DNA of 64,000 bases from an uncultured delta proteobacterium. GTDB taxonomy: Bacteria; Desulfobacterota; Binatia; UBA9968. The position numbers and the translations under genes were made by a program. Where the stretch lies: contig CAVSHR010000004.1 of the NCBI GenBank assembly GCA_963727625.1, positions 96,001 through 160,000 of the forward strand. The letters run 5' to 3'. Numbering within the stretch: the stretch's first letter is position 1; every line of letters begins with the position of its first letter. Of the stretch, positions 46,352-55,229 are shown piece after piece. The notes beneath the pieces were generated by a model. It had not been told where the DNA came from and ran no database searches. It saw only the letters and a program-made list of their open reading frames with translations.

Positions 46352-46879
46352 ATGGCGGCAGTAACCGGGCTCGGGCATGTCGGCATCTACGTGCGTGACT
46401 TGGAACGGATGGTCGCGTTTTATCGCGACACGCTCGGTATGCGCATCACGAAGCAGAATTGGCGCGCCGGGATTGTCTTCTTGAGCGCTGATCCCGCCGC
46501 CGATCACGAGATCGCGCTTTTTCGCGGGCGCCCGGACGACGCAGATTCCCGCTTGATCAATCAGATTTCGCTGCGCGTCGCGACGCTCGACGATCTCCGC
46601 GCGATGCATCGGCGATTGCTAGCCGCAGGCCTGCGCATCGATGCCCTGGTCAATCACGTGAGCGCGCTCGGCTGTTATTATTTCGATCCGGAGGGCAATC
46701 GCTCGGAAGTGTTTTGGGTGACGGGGAGAGCCTGCTGGGTTCCGATCGCGCACCTGATCGACATCGAGCAGCCGGACGAGGCGGTTTTGGCCGAAATCGA
46801 TAAACTCTGGGAGCGGCTGCGTCACGTCGGCATGGGTGAGCGGATGGCCAACGAGCCGGCGTCGCTTCAGCTCGATTAA
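46352..46879 (+). CDS. VOC (glyoxalase/extradiol dioxygenase fold) protein
   Basis: LGHVGIYVRDL..FY..LGM, DHEIAL, YYFDPEGNRSE; GGAGG RBS. Confidence 0.9.
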   Translation: MAAVTGLGHVGIYVRDLERMVAFYRDTLGMRITKQNWRAGIVFLSADPAADHEIALFRGRPDDADSRLINQISLRVATLDDLRAMHRRLLAAGLRIDALVNHVSALGCYYFDPEGNRSEVFWVTGRACWVPIAHLIDIEQPDEAVLAEIDKLWERLRHVGMGERMANEPASLQLD

Positions 46880-46965
46880 AAATTCCCAGAACAGGCAGCT
46901 CATAGCTCCTCAGCGATGAGTCTGTTCCTCGGGTGACACTGGAATCCAAAGCATCGGAGGTTTTT

Positions 46966-47667
46966 ATGGCTCAACAAGAAATTGCATTGGTCGTCGGTTC
47001 AGGCCCGGGGCTCAGCGCCTCGTTGGCCCGGTTGTTCAAAAAAGAGGGAATGTCGGTCGCCGTCGCTGCGCGCGAGATCAAGAAACTGGACGGCTTGGTC
47101 AAAGAAATCGACGGGCGGGCTTATCCCTGCAACGCCAGCGTGCCCGAAGACGTGGAGCAGTTATTCAATTCGGTCAGCAAGGATATCGGCGCGCCTAATC
47201 TCGTAGTCTATAACGCCAGCGGAAGAGTACGCGGGCCGCTGGCCGAGCTCGATCCCGAAGAGGTGCGCAAGACCATTATGATCACTTGCTACGGCGGTTT
47301 TCTGGTGGGGCAGGCGGCGGCTAAACGAATGCTTCAGGCCGGCGGCGGGACGATCCTTTTCACCGGTGCGTCCGCGAGCGTCAAGGGATACGCCAATTCG
47401 GCCGCATTCGCCATGGGCAAGATGGGATTGACCGGACTGGTGCAGAGCATGGCGCGGGAGCTGCAGCCGCAAAATATTCACGTGGCTCAGGTGGTCATCG
47501 ACGGCGGCATTCACAACCCGGCGCGCGCCGAGAGGAACACGGCGCGGGGACCTGACGGCACGCTTGCTCCCGACGCCATCGCAGAGACCTATCTTCATTT
47601 GCATCGCCAGCACCGCAGCTCCTGGGCGTCGCAGATTGAACTGCGCCCCTGGTGCGAGAAATTTTAG
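46966..47667 (+). CDS. Short-chain dehydrogenase/reductase
   Basis: VVGSGPGLS, VYNAS, FTGASAS, FAMGK, QSMAREL, VIDGGI. Confidence 0.92.
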   Translation: MAQQEIALVVGSGPGLSASLARLFKKEGMSVAVAAREIKKLDGLVKEIDGRAYPCNASVPEDVEQLFNSVSKDIGAPNLVVYNASGRVRGPLAELDPEEVRKTIMITCYGGFLVGQAAAKRMLQAGGGTILFTGASASVKGYANSAAFAMGKMGLTGLVQSMARELQPQNIHVAQVVIDGGIHNPARAERNTARGPDGTLAPDAIAETYLHLHRQHRSSWASQIELRPWCEKF

Positions 47668-47885
47668 CCCGCGCGAGGGTCGATATAGGTCGTTTGACGT
47701 CGGTCTCGCTGCATTTCGGTGCGTGAAGAAATGTCATCGACCTTGGTCCGTCCCGCAACCGGAGGTTGCGGCCGTGTTGTGCAAGTTCAAGCGCTATTCT
47801 ACTATTCAGTTGATCCTGTTGGCAGGTAGAGACGATTACCAACGACCCAATGATTAGAGTCAAGGCACAGGGCGACTGACAAACA

Positions 47886-48809
47886 ATGGCCAGTTTTCAG
47901 GCCAAATTGGTTCGATCCAAGTTTCGAATGCTAGTCGCAATCCTTACCGGTGTCGCGGCATTGATCGGCGGCGGTTGTAATCTCGTGCTCGAGCCGATCG
48001 AGCAGCGTTTCCTGTTTCGTCCCTGGAGTGCAGACCCGGCGCAGCTTTCGTTGGTTGCGTCGCGCGGCAACGGTATCGAAGAAGTGCACCTCAAAACACC
48101 GGACGGCGTGACCCTGCACGGCTGGCTCAAGCATCCCGAAGCGGCACGGGCCGGTGGACGTTTTCCCTTGGTGATCGTCTTGGGTGGCGTGCGCCGCGAA
48201 ACTTCTTGGCTGATCGATCGCGCCGGCAAGTCCGAGCGCTGGGGCTGGCTGTTCGTCAATTACCGCGGCTTTGGTCTTTCCGAAGGCGAGCCCTCCGAGC
48301 GAGTCATCTTAAAAGACACAAGGCTTATTTACGACTACGCTGCCGCACGGCCCGACGTGGATGCTTCGAGCATCGTTGTGCTCGGCCGCAGCCTTGGCAC
48401 CTATTTCACCGTCGCTCTCGCGAAAACACGCCGCCTGCACGGCGCAATCCTCGCCACCCCGTTCGACAGTTTCGCCGCGCTCGGCGAAGAACGTTATCCG
48501 TGGCTGCCGGTCGGACTGATCCTTGGTGGGCGCTACGACGCCGCGGCAATGGCGCCGAAAATCAATATACCGGCGCTTTTTATTCTAGCCGAAAACGACA
48601 GCGTCACGCCGGTCAAAAACGGAGAGGCGCTTGCTCGTGCCTGGGGCGGGCCGCAACACACCGTCAGGCTCGCGGGGGCGCGACACTATGGGATCGAGCG
48701 GAGCGATGAGTTCTGGAACGCAGTCGGGGATTTCCTGCTCGAGATCGAGTCGAGCCCCCCACCGCTTAACGGACATGTATTGGACGCCGCCGCGCGGGCT
48801 GGCGAGTAG
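47886..48809 (+). CDS. Alpha/beta hydrolase (possible lipoprotein)
   Basis: NYRGFGLSEG, GRSLG nucleophile elbow, D..TP, H in GARH. Confidence 0.88.
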   Translation: MASFQAKLVRSKFRMLVAILTGVAALIGGGCNLVLEPIEQRFLFRPWSADPAQLSLVASRGNGIEEVHLKTPDGVTLHGWLKHPEAARAGGRFPLVIVLGGVRRETSWLIDRAGKSERWGWLFVNYRGFGLSEGEPSERVILKDTRLIYDYAAARPDVDASSIVVLGRSLGTYFTVALAKTRRLHGAILATPFDSFAALGEERYPWLPVGLILGGRYDAAAMAPKINIPALFILAENDSVTPVKNGEALARAWGGPQHTVRLAGARHYGIERSDEFWNAVGDFLLEIESSPPPLNGHVLDAAARAGE

Positions 48810-48929
48810 CCTAAACTTTCCGAGTTATTTTTTCGAGTTGCCAATCGCGGGTGTGCGATGAAGCTGCGTTTCTGATTTTATCGCGCGTCAATAACCTTTC
48901 ATTTCAGATTCAATGTTGATTCTGGTCTC

Positions 48930-49835
48930 TTGAAGATCATTGTACTGCGCGATTCCTGGCGTTCCCATCCACTGGCGTGGATCCACCGCGCCGAGACTCA
49001 ATCCATGTTTTTCGAGCTGTGTGATGCCGGACACAACCTCAACCTGATGCGATTCAGGGGTAAGCCGGTCGCGAACCCGTCCGCCGATGCGATTCTTCTC
49101 CGACTTTCGGATCCGATCATGCGCGCGGCCGTCCAAGCATTCACCTGCGCCGGCGTGCCGTTCGTAGTGCCGAGCGCGGCTGTGTTCGAACGGTGTTTCG
49201 ATAAATACGAAGCGTATCGAATAACTGATGCCGGCGGCATCGAGTGCCCGAAGACCGCGCTTGGGAGCGACCCGGACGCTGTCGCATTTCCGTTAGTGCT
49301 CAAACCCCGGCTTGGTTCCGATTCGATCGGTATAAAGCTCTGGAAAAAGGCGCCGCTTCCGGCGCGGCTTCGAAACGATGGCTACGTCGTACAGCGGCAG
49401 GTGCGGGGCGCGGAGTTGACCGTCGCCGTATTTCGCGATCGTGCGGGTATGCCGTTGCGCATCTTTGTGCCGGAAGGAATGCCGTATTCGGTCACTCGCA
49501 AATATCTATGGCGCCCGGCACCTGCGGCGGTTACCGACAATTCCCTGGCAGAGCGGGTGCGTAGCTCGGCGCTCACGCTCGCCGGGCTCTTGGGTGTCGA
49601 TTGGGGCGCGCGCGTCGACTTGATTCACGACGCTGTATCCGACCGGCTGTACTTTCTCGAATGCGATGTTGCGCCCCTCGTCGGCGCAGGGTCGGCGTTT
49701 GCCGCCAGCTTCCGGGCGGCTGGGGTCGACCGTGCGGAACAGTTGCGGATGTTGGTGAGCGAAATCCCGAGTAGCGTGAGCTCGATGGAAATGCGGCTCA
49801 CAATCGGAAAGAGTAAACCGGGAACTTACCCATAA
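48930..49835 (+). CDS. ATP-grasp (Ddl-like) ligase
   Basis: DKY, FPLVLKP..GSDSIG, GAELTV, ARVD, YFLECD. Confidence 0.75.
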   Translation: MKIIVLRDSWRSHPLAWIHRAETQSMFFELCDAGHNLNLMRFRGKPVANPSADAILLRLSDPIMRAAVQAFTCAGVPFVVPSAAVFERCFDKYEAYRITDAGGIECPKTALGSDPDAVAFPLVLKPRLGSDSIGIKLWKKAPLPARLRNDGYVVQRQVRGAELTVAVFRDRAGMPLRIFVPEGMPYSVTRKYLWRPAPAAVTDNSLAERVRSSALTLAGLLGVDWGARVDLIHDAVSDRLYFLECDVAPLVGAGSAFAASFRAAGVDRAEQLRMLVSEIPSSVSSMEMRLTIGKSKPGTYP

Positions 49836-49883
49836 ATGACTCCAGACGATCCGAATGCGAACGCACGATGTGGCCGGAACTCT

Positions 49884-50627
49884 ATGCTTAATTCTCGCCT
49901 ACCTTTGCTATCACTTTTTTTCCTAATAGTGCTCGCGTGGTTTTGGCCCGTGAGACCCTTGGCCGCAAGTGGCCCAGCCGATAGCGCATATCGCCAAGGA
50001 GGGTTGGAAAGGTTCGAACGCGGCTTGGCGAGAGTCCAACCTCTATTGACGCGCTACGGTTATGGCGCAGTAACGGTGGCCATTTTGGTGGAAGGGATGG
50101 GGATCCCCGCGCCCGGGCAGACTTTGCTTATTGCCAGCGCGTTAGAAGCGGCCGGCGGTAGAATGCATATCGCTTGGATACTGATGCTCGCAACCCTAGC
50201 GGCATTCATCGGAAACAGCATCGGGTACGCCATCGGGCGTTGGGGCGGCCACGCTGTGCTTCGTAAGCTCAATGTCTATCTGGAGCGTCAGGGTCGCCTC
50301 GAAGATCTCTTTAGGCGGCGCGGCGGTATCGTCGTCTTGCTCGCCCGCTTTGTCGACGGTCTGAGACAGATGAACGGCATCGCCGCGGGTATCTTGCGAA
50401 TGCCCTGGTGGGCGTTTGCGGCGTACAACGTCGCCGGCGCGATCCTTTGGACATTCGCTTGGGGCCTTGGCGCCTACTATCTGGAACGTGATATTCACAT
50501 GCTCGCGGGATTGTTTCAGCGGCATCATCGAATTTTGTACATGCTTGCGAGCGCAGCGTTGCTCTTGCTGGTCATTTACTTACTGCGACGTGGAAAGTCG
50601 CAAGAACCAGGAGAAAGAGATGCTTGA
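49884..50627 (+). CDS. DedA family membrane protein
   Basis: EGMGIPAPGQTLL, GNSIGYAIGR.GG, ARFVDGLRQ..AG. Confidence 0.9.
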   Translation: MLNSRLPLLSLFFLIVLAWFWPVRPLAASGPADSAYRQGGLERFERGLARVQPLLTRYGYGAVTVAILVEGMGIPAPGQTLLIASALEAAGGRMHIAWILMLATLAAFIGNSIGYAIGRWGGHAVLRKLNVYLERQGRLEDLFRRRGGIVVLLARFVDGLRQMNGIAAGILRMPWWAFAAYNVAGAILWTFAWGLGAYYLERDIHMLAGLFQRHHRILYMLASAALLLLVIYLLRRGKSQEPGERDA

Positions 50628-50960
50628 ACTCTACCATGGGACAACTTCGGTCTGTGCGTAAAAAGGTAAGGCTGAGTCTGGCTGAAAAGGGGTTGGAGTG
50701 GCAGGGCCGGATCTTTCGCTCGCGGACATCGCTGCGACCCCTACATGACGTGGCTCGAAATGCTGCGGTTGTCCCCCATGTGGGACAAAAGGCCCGGGGA
50801 CGCCAAATGGTGGGAGCGCATCAAGGCTCGGCCGTCCTATGAAAGCGCAATCACGAAATGGTTGCGATCCCAGGACATCGCGCGCTACGAGAAAATGGCC
50901 GATCCGTGGGGCGACGTGCGCAGAAACCTGGTGGCGGTGGAAGCGGGCGGGGCAAACTGA
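50620..50960 (+). pseudogene. Glutathione S-transferase remnant (stop/frameshift, internal deletion)
   Basis: MLELYHGTTSVCA* / KVRLSLAEKGLEW / SLADIAATP / WWERIKARPSY spread across frames. Confidence 0.8.
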
Positions 50961-50988
50961 GCCCAGCGCGGTCGTGTGCGTACCGCGA

Positions 50989-51711
50989 CTAGCTTTCTTC
51001 CAACTCCGGATAACGCCGAAAAATACCGGACTGATTGAACGGCAAACGCCGCGGAGATGACAAGTAAGCGGCGAGTCGGGGGCGCGCCATGACGCGATCG
51101 TGGAGTGCGATCAGGCGCGGATATTGCGGTTCGAGTTGCGCCATCGTGCGCGGGAAGGCATAGCGCAATCCCTCGATGATCTGAAATAACGACAGATCGA
51201 CGTACGAAGCTTTCTTGCCGAGGACGAAAGCGGCGCCTTTGGGGTTTCGCTTCAAGATTCTTTCGAAATAGCCGAGAAATTTGGGTATGCGGTTCGCTCT
51301 GAAATGGGCGGCGCGCTTTTTGGCTTCGGCGGCCTGTTCTTCGTAGTAGAGAACGTTGGCGATCGGATGGTGCGTCTGGCCGGTTTCGTACAGCCAATCG
51401 GCGACCGTCAATTGCAGCTGATTCGCCCACACCCGGCTCGCTTCAGCTTTCGGCACCAGACCGAGCCGCGGCGCAAGAAACTGGAGAATATTCGCGGTCT
51501 GTGAGATCAGAAACTTGCCGGCCCTCAGGATGGGCGGGGCGTAGGGCGGATGGTCCAGCGACGGGGATTCCATGAATTTTATGATGCCCGGCCGGCCGAA
51601 GTTTGGATCGCGTGCCACGTCGACGTAGTCCGCATCGGCATCTTCGAGTGCCAGACGGATGAATTCGCCTCGGCCTTGGATCAACGGTTGGTAGTAAAGT
51701 TCGTATCGCAT
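50989..51711 (-). CDS. Glutathione S-transferase family protein
   Basis: IQGRGEFIRLALE, PYAPP.L, ISQTANIL, YVDLSLFQ. Confidence 0.92.
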   Translation of the reverse strand: MRYELYYQPLIQGRGEFIRLALEDADADYVDVARDPNFGRPGIIKFMESPSLDHPPYAPPILRAGKFLISQTANILQFLAPRLGLVPKAEASRVWANQLQLTVADWLYETGQTHHPIANVLYYEEQAAEAKKRAAHFRANRIPKFLGYFERILKRNPKGAAFVLGKKASYVDLSLFQIIEGLRYAFPRTMAQLEPQYPRLIALHDRVMARPRLAAYLSSPRRLPFNQSGIFRRYPELEES

Positions 51712-51909
51712 AACGGTCCTCCTGAAATCGACAGGCGATCATCGTCAGCTCTGTATACCCGATGACGGGGCTTAAAAAAACCGCGTTGTGGCGCTGTTGG
51801 TGGTTCACTTTCGCGTTATCGCTAGCAACAGATCCGGGCAGTGCTTTGCTATTTCGCCTTGACGGGATTAAAGCAAATCGTCTAGCTTTGCGTTAGAAGG
51901 AGAACGCGC

Positions 51910-52752
51910 ATGACCAAGAAAAAAGAATACAGCTGCGTGCTGGTGAAAACCGACAACGAAGGCATCACCTGGATCACGTTCAATCGGCCGGAGAAGCGCA
52001 ACGCGATGAGCCCGACGCTGCACAGCGAGATGGAGGAAATCCTGTTCGGCTTGGAGACCGACGAAGAAACCAAAGTCATCGTGCTCACCGGCGCGGGCAA
52101 CAGCTGGAGCGCGGGAATGGATCTGAAGCAGTATTTCCGCGAGACCGATAAGGACCCGGTGGCGCGCTTCCGTGCAGCGACGGCGCACCGGCGCTGGGCG
52201 ACGGAGTTGCTCAACTGGTCGCGCAAGCCGTCGATCGCCATGGTCAACGGCTACTGTTACGGCGGAGCATTCGTATCCCTGGCGGCATGCGACATCGTCA
52301 TCGCGGCGGAGGATGCGACCTTCGGTCTATCGGAGGTCAATTGGGGCATCATTCCAGGGGGCAATGTGAGCAAAGTCTTCGGCGACATGGTGTCGCACCG
52401 CAACGCATTGTTTTATGCCATGACCGGGCGCACCATCGACGGCCGCAAGGCGGTGGAATTGGGCATCGCGACGTTGTCGGTGCCGGCGGACCAATTGCGC
52501 GAGGAAACCGTGACCATCGCGCGCGAGCTGATGGCGAAGGCGCCGATGGTGCTGGCTTATACCAAACAAGCGATCCGCGCCGTGCGCGGCATGGACATGG
52601 ACCAAGCCTACGAATATCTGGGCGCGAAGAGCATGGCGCTGCGCGCGGCCGACCCTGAACAGACGCGGGCGCGCGGCATGCGCGAATTTCTCGACGAGAA
52701 AAAATTTCGCCCCGGACTGGGACCGGTTAAACGGCCGGCGGGCGAAAAGTGA
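51910..52752 (+). CDS. p-hydroxycinnamoyl-CoA hydratase/lyase-like crotonase
   Basis: NRPEKRNAMSP, AGMDLKQYFRE, FGLSEVNWGIIPGG, K.FRPGLG. Confidence 0.85.
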   Translation: MTKKKEYSCVLVKTDNEGITWITFNRPEKRNAMSPTLHSEMEEILFGLETDEETKVIVLTGAGNSWSAGMDLKQYFRETDKDPVARFRAATAHRRWATELLNWSRKPSIAMVNGYCYGGAFVSLAACDIVIAAEDATFGLSEVNWGIIPGGNVSKVFGDMVSHRNALFYAMTGRTIDGRKAVELGIATLSVPADQLREETVTIARELMAKAPMVLAYTKQAIRAVRGMDMDQAYEYLGAKSMALRAADPEQTRARGMREFLDEKKFRPGLGPVKRPAGEK

Positions 52753-52803
52753 AACGCGCTTTTTCCATTAACGGCCGTAAAAAACGATCAGAGGGAGACT
52801 CGC

Positions 52804-53733
52804 TTGTCGGAACACGATGCAAATTTAACAAAAGTCGGTTTTGTCGGACTCGGTACCATCGGCGCCGTCATTGCGCGACATCTTCGCGACGCAGGTTATC
52901 CTTTGGTCGTGCACGACATTCGCTCGGAGGCTACGGACGCGTTGGTCGGTCAGGGAGCGAAACCTGTGGAATCGCCGGTGGAAGTAGCGCGCGATTGCCC
53001 GGTAATGTTTACTTCGCTTCCAGGTCCCCCCGAGGTCGAAAAAGTCGCACTTGGTAACGACGGCCTGCTACACGGGATTCGTGATGGCAGCGTCTACGTC
53101 GACCTTTCGAGCAGCAGTGCGAATCTTATCAAACAAATCAGCAGCGAGTTTCGCCCACGCGGGGCTCGGGTCATGGACGCCCCGCTCATCGTCGGCAAGA
53201 ACGGGGTCGCCAACAAAAGCCTGCAAGTCTTGGCCTCGGGCGATGCGGACATGTTCTCGGCTGTGCAGCCGCTTTTAAATTGCTTCGCGGACAATGTTGT
53301 CTACACCGGGGAGTTGGGAACGGGTACGGTGATCAAGTTGGCGCATAATTTGGTGCGCCGGGGCATTGGACTGGCGATCGGCGAAGGTCTTGTACTCGGC
53401 GCCAAGGCAGGCGTGGCTCCTCAACGGCTGTGGGAATGTATGCATTGGGGCTTGGATGCGCAGCTCCATCAGTTGTTGAAGACTTTCTCGGACACGGTAT
53501 TTAAGGGAAATTACCAAGCCCCCGCCAGCTTTGACATCGGACTGTCGCGCAAAGACGTCGGCTTGGCGACCGAGCTCGGCAGAACGTACGACGTTCCCAT
53601 GCCCATCGCAGCTTTGGTCGAGCAAATGATGATCCGCGCGGTCAACCGCGGCTGGTCCAAACAAGGGACCGCGTCGTTGTTTCGCCTCCAAGAAGAGGCC
53701 GCGGGAATCGAAGTGCGAACGCCAGCGAATTGA
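52804..53733 (+). CDS. Beta-hydroxyacid dehydrogenase (3-hydroxyisobutyrate dehydrogenase family)
   Basis: GFVGLGTIG, TSLPGP, DLSS, DAP, KLAHN, KDVGLA. Confidence 0.88.
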   Translation: MSEHDANLTKVGFVGLGTIGAVIARHLRDAGYPLVVHDIRSEATDALVGQGAKPVESPVEVARDCPVMFTSLPGPPEVEKVALGNDGLLHGIRDGSVYVDLSSSSANLIKQISSEFRPRGARVMDAPLIVGKNGVANKSLQVLASGDADMFSAVQPLLNCFADNVVYTGELGTGTVIKLAHNLVRRGIGLAIGEGLVLGAKAGVAPQRLWECMHWGLDAQLHQLLKTFSDTVFKGNYQAPASFDIGLSRKDVGLATELGRTYDVPMPIAALVEQMMIRAVNRGWSKQGTASLFRLQEEAAGIEVRTPAN

Positions 53734-54038
53734 AGTGTGGCGACTTATCGCTTTCTGGCAAATGGGGAACTTGGATGGATCATCAGCTTCAGGGTAAGAA
53801 GGCGATCGGAATCGGCGCCAGCTAGCGTGATCCGCTATCTGGGCAGCGCCATGGATAGGCATTATTAACCATTGATCCCGCGTTCTTTTAGCTCTCACGG
53901 TTAGTGACGTGGCAACAGTACTCGATCCGTCATTGGCACGAGGCATTGTGCGAGTCGGTATTCTCGCTTTCGGATGTCACTGCGCGGTTGTTTTAGGATC
54001 TGATCGCGTTAAATTAATCGAAATAAAATGGTGGTATT

Positions 54039-55229
54039 TTGCGTCGAGTTACTCTAACAGTCATCGCCTGTTTGGCTTTCTCCGGCTTGCTTTACGGTTT
54101 GGGTTTGCCGCCGTTTCGTAAGAGTGCGTCGGTCGATAGCCAACCGGCGCGAAAAGGCAGTCCGGTTCTCGCTGTGGAAGTGGGCGAAGTTCGACGCGGC
54201 AGCGTCGAAGAGCAGATCAGCGCCGTGGGTTCGTTAATAGCGCGCCGTACGGTCGACGTGGCACCAAAAATCAGCGGTCGAGTCGAGCGAGTGCTCGTCC
54301 AGGTCGGCGACCGCGTTAAGCGCGGCCAGTTGATTGCGCAACTGGATGCGCGCGCGCTCGAAGAGGAGGTGAGGGAGGCCGAAGCCGGGATCAAGGTTGC
54401 CGAGGCGACTTTAAAAGGCAAGCAGGCCGAGTTGGTCGATCTCTCAAGAAAGGTGGAAAGAGCCAAACGCTTGTTCGAAAAGCGCTTCGTGTCGCGCCAA
54501 GAGCTGGACACCTTGGACTCGGAGCGCAACGCAGCGGCGGCCCAAGTGGACCTGGCACGGGCGCAGATCGTTCAGGTAAAGGCCCGCTTGGCAAACACAA
54601 AACTGCAACTCAGCGAGGCGCAGCTCAAAGCGCCGTTTTCCGCCTTCGTCGATAAACGGCTGGTCGATCCCGGCGCGATGGTGAGTTCCGGTACGCCGAT
54701 CGCCGGTCTCGTTGATATCAACCGCGTTAAAGTCATTATTCCGGTGGTCGAAAAAACTTATCCAAAAATTTCCGTCGGCCAAAGGGTGATCGTTACCTGC
54801 GACGCTTTCAGCGGTCAGCGCTTCGAAGGAAAAGTGGTGCGGCTGGCGCCGGTGTTGAGCCAAGAGACGCGCACCGGCGAGGTGGAAATCGAAGTCGATA
54901 ATCCGAACGCTCAGCTCAAACCCGGAATGTTCGCCAGGGTCGAAATCACCATCGGCCAACGCCGCGACGTGTTGCTGGTGCCGGAAGGAGCGCTGGTGAA
55001 AACGCCTTCGGGACATGGAGTTTTTCGCGTAGAAGTAAGGAACGACGACCGGGCGAAAGTCCAGCTCGTTCCGGTGGTTCCCGGCTCCAGCCGGCACGGC
55101 CAAATCGAGGTTCGCGGCGGGGTAAGGGCGGGGGATCGAGTGGTTACCCTTGGGGTCAATCTGCTCAAAGACGGTCAAAATATCCGAGTGACCAGAGGAA
55201 AGCCGCGAGGAGCGCGCCGTGAGTCTTAG
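54039..55229 (+). CDS. RND efflux periplasmic adaptor (MFP)
   Basis: SGRV..V.VGDRVKRGQ, coiled coil, APF, LKPGMFA. Confidence 0.92.
   Translation: MRRVTLTVIACLAFSGLLYGLGLPPFRKSASVDSQPARKGSPVLAVEVGEVRRGSVEEQISAVGSLIARRTVDVAPKISGRVERVLVQVGDRVKRGQLIAQLDARALEEEVREAEAGIKVAEATLKGKQAELVDLSRKVERAKRLFEKRFVSRQELDTLDSERNAAAAQVDLARAQIVQVKARLANTKLQLSEAQLKAPFSAFVDKRLVDPGAMVSSGTPIAGLVDINRVKVIIPVVEKTYPKISVGQRVIVTCDAFSGQRFEGKVVRLAPVLSQETRTGEVEIEVDNPNAQLKPGMFARVEITIGQRRDVLLVPEGALVKTPSGHGVFRVEVRNDDRAKVQLVPVVPGSSRHGQIEVRGGVRAGDRVVTLGVNLLKDGQNIRVTRGKPRGARRES

Noticed and set aside
53933-53950. TGGCACG sigma54-like site before the RND operon
   Set aside because: No GC at the required -12 position (spacing off).
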